From an uncultured Alphaproteobacteria bacterium (GTDB lineage: Bacteria; Pseudomonadota; Alphaproteobacteria; Rhizobiales; Beijerinckiaceae): a stretch of DNA of 64,000 nucleotides. This document shows, piece by piece, positions 1-8,510 of this stretch (position 1 is its first letter; every line of letters begins with the position of its first letter). The position numbers and the translations under genes are program-made. Location of the stretch: contig CAVYDG010000024.1 in assembly GCA_963767245.1 (NCBI GenBank), forward strand, positions 124,927 through 188,926. The letters run 5' to 3'. A model generated the notes under the pieces. That model did no database searches, was not told where the DNA came from, and worked only from the letters and a program-made list of their open reading frames with translations.

Positions 1-2678
1 GGCGTATCGGCGAGCAGCAAGTGGAGCCTGGACACCACAAATCCAACCATCGGCTCAGCCGAGGCGATGACCGCAACGCCGGTCGGCGGCGCGCTATGGC
101 CTCAAGCCGCACCAACCGGTCCCTATAATGGAACCGTCGCTGGCTATGGTCTCACCGTCGTCAGGCAGGGAACCCTCAGCATCTCGGTCAACGGAATTGT
201 CGTTTGCACCGACACCAATCAAACCTTCGACTGGAGTTTGCAGAGCGGGACTTGCACCGATTCCGGCGGCGGCGTGGTCGCCAGTTCGCTCATCAATTAT
301 TCCTCGGGCAATTACTCGCTCACGTTCAACAGCGCGCCCGCGAGCGGCGCGGCGATCACTGCCGCGTGGACGGCGTTGGTGTCATCGAATTTCCTCAAAT
401 ACGGGGAGCAGATCGACTTCATGTCCGGCGGCCCGACCACGGGCGTAAATGGCCCGGCGCCGGGCGGCAATGTCGCCGGCGCGGTGGCGCCGCTTCCGAA
501 CGGTCCTTCCGCCCATGCCCTCGGGGGCTGCAATCTGGACGGGACCGGCTTTCTGCAAGCGGGCAAGGGCTACCCGATAGGGGCGCTCGGGCTGACTCAA
601 ACCCACTCTTCGACCTACGGCTCGCGCTGGGCTGCGGCCTTTCCGCACGCCAACGCGAACATCCCGGTCGTCGTCTTTGCCCAGCAGCGGGCGGAATCGG
701 CGAGCAACATAACCAGCCGGGCCGCCGATTTTACCGATTGGCTCCCATGCGCGCAGTGGCCGCTCGACCTCGCCACGCTGTCGACCTTCACCGGCCAGAT
801 CAGCGGCGCGTCAGGTAACAACGGCCTCCTGACGCTGAAAAGCGCGGCGGTCGGGCTGTTGCCCCTGTGGGAAGGCGAAGTCATCGGCTGCAACCCGGTC
901 AGCGCCTCGTGCCCGATCACTCCGGGCACGCAAATCGTCAGCATCGCCAGGGGAGCGTGGGGCGCGAACGGCTCGACGTACAACGTCACTGCGCCGACCG
1001 CGATGGCGAATGTCGGCACGACCACCAACATGAACAATGGGGTTTATTATTACGGAGGCGGCCCAGCCTATTATGTCGGCCCGACCAACGACATCATCAT
1101 GGGCGCCCTCACTGTCGGGGGCGCCCTTCACCCGCTTTTCTCGGGGCCGTTCAGCGGGCCAAGGGCGACAAAACTGATCGGCGCGCTGACCTGGTCGCAT
1201 CTGACCGGCAACCCGACTGAGGCCGAACACCCGACGCTGACGAGAACTTCGTTCACCGGCTGCGACGCGGCTGCTGTGTCCGCCAACAATTCGCCCTGCT
1301 TCGACATCGGCTCGACCTTCCAGGCATCGGTCAGCGCCACCTGGTCCGGCTCGACAGTGACCGTCACTGGTGGCCTCGCTGCCAACGCTCGCCCGTTCGT
1401 TGACGGCATGGCGGTGTCATGCTCGGGCTGCAACTCGGGCCTGTTCATTCTTTCCGTGTCCGCTCCGCCGACGCAATCGACGGTTTCGGGCGCAGGTCAG
1501 GTCGGCAACACCTTCACCTTCACGACCAATGCGGCAATCGGGGGAAGCGGGTCGGGCACGATCAATGGCGGCTGTTCGGGCGCGTCGGGGGTCGGCTCGA
1601 ATTGCATCGACTTCAATTTCACCATCAACACCGCCGGAACCTACGTGACGGCGGCGGCGCTCGCCACCTGCGGCGTCAACAACATCCAGGGCACGGCGGC
1701 GAATTATACCGCGGCCAATGGCGGCTGCTTCAACTCCGGCAGCGGCGACATCGTGCGCGGCTTCAAGATCGGCACGTTGCAGGCGATGTACGGCGTCGGC
1801 TTCGGCAGCGGGAACGCCTACACCGATGCTGGCGTCGATACGTTGAACTTCGGCGTGGCGACGCAGAGTCAGGCGTTCACCTGCAACCTGGTCGGCAGCC
1901 CGGCGACGACCGTCCAGTGTGTGAAGGGTCCGACTTACGCCTATTCGGGCGGGTCGCTCACCACTTCGCTCGGGCAGTGGAGCACCGGGGCGACCTATGC
2001 CTCTTATGCGGACGGCATCAGCTATGCAGACAACATGGGAGCGTTGTGGGGCGCTGTCGGCGGCCAGAGCCTGCCCTTCACCGCTGGGTCCGGATACACC
2101 AACGGCGTCTACACCCTGCCGGGGCAAAGCTGCTCGCTTCAAGCCGTTGCTGGGGCCGCAGCCCCGACCGTGACGATCATCGTCGCCGGCGGATCAATCG
2201 CCGACGTGTACCCCAACGCGATGAGCAACGGCATTCAGGCCGGTTGCACCTTCGCGCTTGGAACCTTCACCTTCACCACGTCGGCGATGACTGGATCGGG
2301 ATCGACTCGGACGATTACCGTTTCGGGCACGCCTGGCGGCACGATCGCACCCGGCCAGGCGATCTCGGGAACATTCGGGACCGCAAACATTCTCGCCTAT
2401 ACCGGGACGCTGGCGGGGGGCGGCGCGGGGACCTACACCATCACCTGCGGCACATGCTCGTCCAACACCGCCGGAACGATTACCAACTCCAACACCATCC
2501 CGACCGCGATTGGGGCTGGGAGCGGTGGCGCGATCACGACCCTCAAGCTGGCCCCGCCGGAGGGCGCCGGCGGCATCGGCACCAACACCACCGACAACAA
2601 TATGCTGGGAACGATGATCTACGACAATTCCGGGCTTCCCGGCAATCCGCTGAACTCTGTGTTCACGACGGGATTTAG
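1..2678 (+). pseudogene. Large Gly/Thr/Ser/Cys-rich phage tail-fibre/adhesin-like protein, 5' part (frame open from base 1, so it probably starts upstream of the window); interrupted by IS1380
   Basis: Frame of ORF 67..2790 has no stop back to base 1. Very low in charged residues, many Cys pairs, and an 'INYSSGNYSLTFNSAPASGAAITAAW' motif resembling phage tail/baseplate repeats. Residues after base 2678 are IS-derived. Confidence 0.6.
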
Positions 2679-4326
2679 CCGCCATTTCTCAAACAGGGTA
2701 GCGCATCGGGTCGCCAAATCAGGCAAAAGTTGTTTTGCGAGAACGACTTGCGCTGATTTGGAGAGGCGGCCCGATGCAGACGGAGTGTAGCGCAGAACGG
2801 AGCATGTTTGGACGGGTCGAGGGTCGGGCCGTTATGGCGGAGTTCGACGGCGGCGCGCTGACGTCCGACGCGGGCGGCCTGCTGTTGGGCGCCGCCGACC
2901 AACGTCTGGGCCTAGTTCGCCGGATTGCGCGATGTTTTCGTGACGCGAGAGACCCGAGGCTCGTCGAGCACTCAGTCGCCACGCTCATCGGGCAGCGCGT
3001 GTTCGGCATTGCGCTCGGCTATGAGGATCTGAACGATCACGACGAGCTTCGTCACGACCCGCTGATGGCGGTGCTGGCGGGCAAGCTCGAGGCCAGGCGC
3101 GAGGATTGCGCGCCGGTGGCGGGCAAATCGACGCTGAACCGGCTCGAACTGTCGCGCGAGACGCCCACGAAGTACCGCAAGATCGCACATGAGCCCGCGG
3201 CGATCGAGGCCCTGTTCGTCGACCTGTTTGTCGAAGCGCACGCACGGGCGCCCAGGCAGATCATCCTCGACCTCGACGCCACGGACGACCCGCTGCACGG
3301 CGATCAGGAAGGCCGCTTCTTTCACGGCTACTATGATTGCTACTGCTACCTGCCTCTTTACGTGTTCTGCGGCCGGCATCTGCTGGCGGCCAAGCTCAGG
3401 CCGTCGAACATCGACGCCAGCGCCGGCTCGGTTGAGGAAGTCGCGCGCATCGTCGCGCAAATTCGCAGGCGTTGGCCGCGAACGCGCATCCTGCTGCGCG
3501 CCAACTCTGGGTTCGCCCGCGAGGCGCTGATGGCCTGGTGCGAGACGAACCGGGTGGACTTCGTCTTCGGGCTCGCTCGCAATGCGCGGCTGGTCGAAGA
3601 GATCAGCGTCGAACTCCTGCAGGCCGAGGCGGAGGCGTCCGCGACCGGCAAGCCCGCTCGCCGCTTCAGGGACTTCCGTTATGCGACGCTCGACAGCTGG
3701 TCGCGCCGGCGCCGGGTCGTCGCCAAGGCGGAATGGACAAACGGCGAGGCCAATCCGCGCTTCATCGTCACCTCGTTGAACAAGGCCGAGACCAGCGCCC
3801 GCTTTCTCTATGAGAAGGTCTACTGCGCCCGCGGCGAGATGGAGAACCGGATCAAGGAATGCCAAGGCGACCTGTTCGCCGACCGAACCTCGACCGCAAC
3901 CCTGGGCGCCAACCAGCTGCGGCTCTGGCTCGCCTCGTTCGCCTATGCGCTCCTGTGCGCCCTCAGGCGCATCGGTCTTGCCCACACCCAGTTCGCCGAA
4001 GCGACCTGCGGCACAATCCGGCTCAAGCTCCTCAAGCTCGCCGGTCTCGTCCGCGTCAGCGCGCGGCGCATCAAATTCGCGCTCGCCTCAGCCTGTCCCT
4101 ACGCCGACGAATGGCGGCTGGCCGCCGCCCGCCTCGTCACAACCGCCTGACGCGTCGCCGCGACGCCGAAAAAACGCGGCAATCCAACCCACAGCCCACC
4201 GGAGACCCCCAAAAGACCGACCCCATCCGCGCAAACCGCGCCAGGGATGCGCTCGTCCTCACTACAGTCACTGCGCAATCATTGTCGGGGCGCGAAAGAC
4301 CAAGCCCCTCCTATGAGAAAACCGGG
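2679..4326 (+). mobile_element. IS1380-family insertion sequence, 1648 bp, 4-bp target duplication TTAG
   Basis: TTAG at 2675-2678 and 4327-4330. Imperfect terminal IRs: left CCGCCATTTCTCA, right (reverse complement) CCCGGTTTTCTCA. Encloses a transposase. Confidence 0.93.
2774..4150 (+). CDS. IS1380-family DDE transposase (second catalytic Asp appears to be Asn)
   Basis: FDGGALTSDAGGLLL, GYEDLND, LDLDATDD, HGDQEGRFF and RGEMENRIKE motifs. RANSGF where the family has RADSGF. Confidence 0.95.
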   Translation: MQTECSAERSMFGRVEGRAVMAEFDGGALTSDAGGLLLGAADQRLGLVRRIARCFRDARDPRLVEHSVATLIGQRVFGIALGYEDLNDHDELRHDPLMAVLAGKLEARREDCAPVAGKSTLNRLELSRETPTKYRKIAHEPAAIEALFVDLFVEAHARAPRQIILDLDATDDPLHGDQEGRFFHGYYDCYCYLPLYVFCGRHLLAAKLRPSNIDASAGSVEEVARIVAQIRRRWPRTRILLRANSGFAREALMAWCETNRVDFVFGLARNARLVEEISVELLQAEAEASATGKPARRFRDFRYATLDSWSRRRRVVAKAEWTNGEANPRFIVTSLNKAETSARFLYEKVYCARGEMENRIKECQGDLFADRTSTATLGANQLRLWLASFAYALLCALRRIGLAHTQFAEATCGTIRLKLLKLAGLVRVSARRIKFALASACPYADEWRLAAARLVTTA

Positions 4327-4511
4327 TTAGCACCGGCTGCACAGCGGCGCCGTGGTGCTACTTCACCCCGGGAATCCCGGTGCTGCCGTTCGGCAACGCG
4401 CTCGGGGCGGCGATCAGCGGCGGCTTCCCTCTCTGGAGCCTAGCCTGTTTCTGCATGGTTCCCCGGCGGCGCGCCGCTAACGGCAATCGTCGCCTCGCGG
4501 AAGCCGCTTAG
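4327..4511 (+). pseudogene. Detached 3' end (~60 codons) of the large tail-fibre-like gene
   Basis: Removing 2679-4326 plus one TTAG restores the frame: ...TTGF-STGCTAAPWCYFTPGIPVLPFGNALGAAISGGFPLWSLACFCMVPRRRAANGNRRLAEAA*, stop TAG at 4509-4511. Confidence 0.85.
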
Positions 4512-4730
4512 CGGAGGCGCGCGCCATGTTCGACGCGAACATTAACATCAACATCATCGCGGTCGGAATCTTCGCCTTCCCGTTTGAACATCGGCGCCGC
4601 CAGGACTGTCTACCGGCGCGCGGCTAGTGGGACAACAGCCACATCCCGATCGCCGAGCGGCGGAGCGGCAATCCCCAGCCGACCTGTCCTATCCGCAACT
4701 GGGCGCGGCCAAGATCGACGAGGGCTTGCC

Positions 4731-4922
4731 ATGATCGACGCCATGCTCCGGCTCTATTTCGCCACCTACGGAGCGCCGATGGCGTTCGCCGCCGGCATCG
4801 TCAGCGCCGCGCAACCTGAACGGCAGCGGTATCTCGCCTGTGAGCGCCGCGCGGCGTCAATCGAGCGCGACGAGGAGATCGAGCGGCTCGAGCGCCGGCT
4901 CACCGAACTCAGGCGGAGATAG
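4731..4922 (+). CDS. Small hypothetical protein (63 aa, C-terminal coiled coil)
   Basis: ATG 4731 with GAGGG upstream; 3' half of track ORF 4584..4922; sits in a tightly packed same-strand run. Confidence 0.5.
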   Translation: MIDAMLRLYFATYGAPMAFAAGIVSAAQPERQRYLACERRAASIERDEEIERLERRLTELRRR

Positions 4923-4926
4923 AGCG

Positions 4927-5034
4927 ATGGGGCCCTGTCCGGCGAATCTGAGACAGGCGGCGGTCGTAGTTCTCGCCGCCGGAGCGCTGGTCTGTCTCGC
5001 CATCGGCGTGGCGATCGGGCGGTGGCTCCCATGA
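4927..5034 (+). CDS. Small single-TM peptide (35 aa)
   Basis: MGPCPANLRQAAVVVLAAGALVCLAIGVAIGRWLP; its stop overlaps the next ATG (ATGA at 5031-5034). Confidence 0.45.
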   Translation: MGPCPANLRQAAVVVLAAGALVCLAIGVAIGRWLP

Positions 5035-5477
5035 GAGACGCGGCGATAGCTATGCGCATTACCTTTCTGTCGCATTTCGTCATTTGCCTCGCGTGCACGG
5101 GCCTGGCGTTTTTTGCCTGGGTGAACGACGTGCCGCAAACAATCTGGGCTGACGACATGAGCATGATGACCTCCGTCATCGCTGCGCTGTTCACCTTCAC
5201 TGCGGTCTGCCTCGGCTGGCAGGCGTGGCGGATCGATGGGCGGTACGTCGTCGACCCCAGCTTCGGCCATCTCGCCGAACGCCTCTCCGTCATGTTCGGT
5301 TTCGTCGGCACGGCGATCGGCCTTTCCCTCCAGGCGACCGCGCTCGCCACCGGCGCGACCTCATTCGGCGCGCTCGCCACGTCGCTATTCACGACGGCCT
5401 GCGGCGGCGCCGCGGCCATCGGCATCGCGGTCATGACGTACAACCTCGAGGCGGGGATCGGGAGGGCGCGGCGGTGA
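5031..5477 (+). CDS. Minimal MotA/TolQ/ExbB-like proton-channel membrane protein (148 aa)
   Basis: Several hydrophobic segments with 'MFGFVGTAIGL' and 'ALATSLFTTACG', matching the two Thr-bearing channel helices of the MotA/TolQ/ExbB family. ATGA/GTGA overlaps at both ends. Confidence 0.72.
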   Translation: MRDAAIAMRITFLSHFVICLACTGLAFFAWVNDVPQTIWADDMSMMTSVIAALFTFTAVCLGWQAWRIDGRYVVDPSFGHLAERLSVMFGFVGTAIGLSLQATALATGATSFGALATSLFTTACGGAAAIGIAVMTYNLEAGIGRARR

Positions 5478-6075
5478 GGGACCGCAGCCCGATCTGGATT
5501 GGCCTCGCCGACCTTCTTCTCTGCGTCGTCTGCGTGGTCATCTGCGCCGTTGCGCCGATCAAGGCCAAGACAGATGGCGTCAACCCAAAGCTGAATATCT
5601 ACTCTCGGCCGACTGGGACGTCATGCTCGATTCGGATGTCGATCTTTGGGTCGTCAATCCGTCGCCCAAGCCCATATTCTACGGCTCCCGGCAGGTCGGT
5701 TGCGCCGATCTCGATCGCGACAGTCTCGGGTTCCAGACCTCGCTGGTGACGCTCGCCGACGGGTCGACCGTTCGCGCCGTCTCGAACAAGGAAGTGACAT
5801 CGGTTCGCTGCTTCGAGCCGGGTCACTGGGACATCGGGGTCAACCTCTATTCCGACCGCGAACTCGCCAAGGGCCGGAAGGACATCAAGGTTCATGTCGA
5901 AATCGTCGGCCTCAACCCGGAGGTTCGCACGATCTTCGCCAAGGACGTGACCCTCGATCGCGTCGGCGAAACCGTGAACGTCATTTCTTTCGACATGGAC
6001 CGCGCCGGCAAGATCACGCTCACCGATCCGCCGCTCGAGCCAATTACCGACGCTTATTGGGGGCGGAAGGAATGA
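5474..6075 (+). CDS. ExbD/MotB-like single-TM protein (TM Asp) fused to a YfaP/DUF2135-like periplasmic domain; -1 frameshift at ~5590
   Basis: GTG 5474 gives VRDRSPIWIGLADLLLCVVCVVICAVAP...GVNPK; the -1 frame continues AEYLLSADWDVMLDSDVDLWVVNPSPKPIFYG...LDRDSLG into track ORF 5623..6075. Confidence 0.68.
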
Positions 6076-6583
6076 CCTTTTTGAGCGCCTTCGCGCTTTC
6101 GTTCGGACTTTTGCTCGCCGGTCTGTCGCTCATTGCCGCATGGATGTTCCGCACCGCCGGGCGCCCTTGGCGGTCAAACTTGCCCTGCCGGCCCTATTGC
6201 TCGCCCTCGCTTGTCTTACTCCGTACGAAGTCAATTCGATGCTCGGCCTGCCGAGAATCGCCGAGCTCGCTGCGCTGCCTGAGCGGGCCGAACTCATAGC
6301 CTTCGTCGCCCATGACGCGGACAAGCGCGCCGACTTGTGGCTCCGCGTCGAGGATGCTCCGCCGCGCGCCTATGAGATCGCCATCGACAAAGAGATGAAG
6401 AAATTGCTGCAGGACGCTCGCGATCGCAAGGAACATGGCCGACGGGTGATGCTGGTCATGCGGGCCGCGGCTACCGGCAAAGAAACCGGGCGCCAAGGCG
6501 TGATCAGGTTGCGATCCGCCGATCCTGCCTACGCAATTGATGAGAGCGCCTTCGCCCTCCCGAACAAGGGCCGTGGCGACTAA
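6072..6583 (+). CDS. Two-TM membrane protein with periplasmic 'DLWLR...PPRAYEI' domain; -1 frameshift at ~6160
   Basis: ATG 6072 overlaps the previous stop. MTFLSAFALSFGLLLAGLSLIAAWMFRTAG joins track ORF 6140..6583 (APLAVKLALPALLLAL...). Confidence 0.62.
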
Positions 6584-6618
6584 CGGCCAACAACTGAGAT
6601 CCCTCCAGGAGACCCCCG

Positions 6619-6996
6619 ATGCTGCATAGGCTCACCACTGCCCTCACCGCCTCTCTTGTGCTTTGGGGCGCCGCAAATGGGGCGGAAGTCTCGCATCCCC
6701 GGTGCGAGGCCATGGATAAGCTCAAAGCGGAGTTCGACACCAAGACCCATGCCGTCGAGCTCGACCCGGGGCAGTTTCATTTCATTGAAGGCGTCTATGT
6801 CGGCTCACCGGCCACTCCGGATGGCCTCCCGCCAGGCGACGGCGCCCTGCTCGTGACTCACGACGGCGACGGAGGCGGAATCATCGTCTGGACCCGCGGC
6901 AAGCTCGCCTGCGCTCCGAGCCCCGTTAGCGACCGGCTTATCAAACTCATGGCCCGCGTCAAGACCGGCGCCGGCGAGGAGGACGGCACGCTTTGA
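6619..6996 (+). CDS. Secreted hypothetical protein (125 aa)
   Basis: AGGAG RBS upstream; N-terminal signal-peptide-like segment ending ANG-AE; two Cys. Confidence 0.65.
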   Translation: MLHRLTTALTASLVLWGAANGAEVSHPRCEAMDKLKAEFDTKTHAVELDPGQFHFIEGVYVGSPATPDGLPPGDGALLVTHDGDGGGIIVWTRGKLACAPSPVSDRLIKLMARVKTGAGEEDGTL

Positions 6997-7012
6997 TCCC
7001 GCCCGGCCCGCC

Positions 7013-8465
7013 CTACGGGAATCACACAAGCGATTTGCCGTGGGCGATTGCATAACCGTCGAGCATGGCGGCGAGGCGACGCCAACCATCGGCCATGGTT
7101 TTGGGTCCGGGCGGCTTGTAATAGGCGTTCCAGCCGCCGAGGCGGGCGGTGATCCATGCGAGCCAAGAGAGGGAGCCGCGCGGGTGTGGGTTCTTCTGCC
7201 GCATTGTTTTTCCTTCCAAGGCGCCGCCGATGGCGGCGGCGGCTTCGACCGCGCTTTCGTCGATCACGTCGGTTGCGGGGCGGGAGCCCGCGTCCCGGGC
7301 GTCGGTGAGTTGAAGGATTCGCGCCGCTGCGACCACGGCGAGGGCAGCGAGGTTGAACAGGCGCCGCGCGCTCTCGACCTGCGTCTCTTCCAGAGCCAAG
7401 CCGTCGCGTTTAAGCACGCGGAAGACCTCTTCGATGCGCCAGCGCAGACGATAGAGGCGAATGATTTCCCGAGCGTCCTCGGCGGTCTCAACCGGCAAGG
7501 TCGTCAAAAGCCGCCACATCAGCGGCGTGGTCCCCAAAGGAACGTCCCTTTCGCGCGCCACAACGACGTTGATCTCGCAGGCTTCGGGATCGCCGGCGGC
7601 CTGTCCGGTCTTGGGTCTGGCGATTGTCGCCTTGCCGAACGAAACGGCCACGCGGGCCGTTCGAACGCGCGCATCCGGCGCGCGCGGCTGGCGTGGGGCG
7701 GCCGCCACATCGATCTCGAGCGCCGTCGGAAAACCGTCGGCTGTGGCAAACAGGAGGCCGCCTCCGGCCAACTTGCGGTCGCCGCGCGCCCGCGTGATGA
7801 GATCGACGTCGCCCGGCTTTCGGATGAAGGCCTGGTAGATGTCATTCTCGCGGTCGCCGACAACAACGATGCTGGCGGCGTCGGCGAGCCGTTGAGCCGC
7901 GCTCTGCGCCGCATCGACCCAGCGCACGGATTCCTTGTCCTTGAGGCTCCGCTTGTGGCGATGCGTCTTCACTTCGCCGAGCGCGCGGGTCCAAATCTTC
8001 GCCCCCACTACGCCCAGAAGCGCTTCATCGTCGGCGTCGACGGCGACAAGCAAATGAATGAAGAAGCCGAGACTTGTCCCGTCGCCGCCCAGCCCCAGCT
8101 TCCGCCCCTTGTCGCGCCCGGCGAAATTGATCTCGGTCGTGTCCTGCGCCACGACAACGCGCCGACCCCGGCAAGCCTGCGCCGTGCGTTGGGCGGCCTC
8201 CTCCGTGATCGCTTCCGGGGTCGCCTGCTCCGATCCGAGAAAGCGATGGGCCGCTATCTCCCCCGCGCGATCCCGGCCAAACTTGCGAACCACCAGCGCG
8301 CCAGAACCGGCGATGTCCTCGAGGATCCGTTCAAATCGGCGAGAAACTCGAATATCGCCGCAGAAACCATCGCCCATCAACGCCTCCCGAAAACCGAACA
8401 GGCGTTAAATCAGAAGCCCAAACCATATGCCAGTCGAAAACGACTCGATTGTGTGAACGCCGTAG
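7013..8465 (-). mobile_element. IS4-family insertion sequence, 1453 bp, 10-bp target duplication CCGGCCCGCC
   Basis: CCGGCCCGCC at 7003-7012 and 8466-8475. 17-bp IRs CTACGGGAATCACACAA / CTACGGCGTTCACACAA (3 mismatches). Confidence 0.94.
7022..8380 (-). CDS. IS4-family (Tn5/IS50-like) DDE transposase
   Basis: QDTT, VGDREND and YRLRWRIEEVFRVLK (YREK) motifs. Confidence 0.95.
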   Translation of the reverse strand: MMGDGFCGDIRVSRRFERILEDIAGSGALVVRKFGRDRAGEIAAHRFLGSEQATPEAITEEAAQRTAQACRGRRVVVAQDTTEINFAGRDKGRKLGLGGDGTSLGFFIHLLVAVDADDEALLGVVGAKIWTRALGEVKTHRHKRSLKDKESVRWVDAAQSAAQRLADAASIVVVGDRENDIYQAFIRKPGDVDLITRARGDRKLAGGGLLFATADGFPTALEIDVAAAPRQPRAPDARVRTARVAVSFGKATIARPKTGQAAGDPEACEINVVVARERDVPLGTTPLMWRLLTTLPVETAEDAREIIRLYRLRWRIEEVFRVLKRDGLALEETQVESARRLFNLAALAVVAAARILQLTDARDAGSRPATDVIDESAVEAAAAIGGALEGKTMRQKNPHPRGSLSWLAWITARLGGWNAYYKPPGPKTMADGWRRLAAMLDGYAIAHGKSLV

Positions 8466-8510
8466 CCGGCCCGCCAAATTCGTCTCTCTCTCCCTGAAGG
8501 ACGCCATCTC

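Noticed and set aside
2679-2790. C-terminal 37 aa of track ORF 67..2790
   Set aside because: Read-through into the IS1380 left end; the native terminus is at 4331-4511.
4526-4730. ATG 4526 with a GGAGG RBS (MFDANININIIAVGIFAF...)
   Set aside because: Stops after 33 codons; could be a broken gene, but no single reconstruction is convincing.
5031-6583. Calling the module Zorya, TolQR or flagellar MotAB
   Set aside because: No long ZorA tail, no OmpA-like domain, and no zorC/D/E, tolA/B/pal or flagellar genes nearby; only the channel-core motifs are shared.
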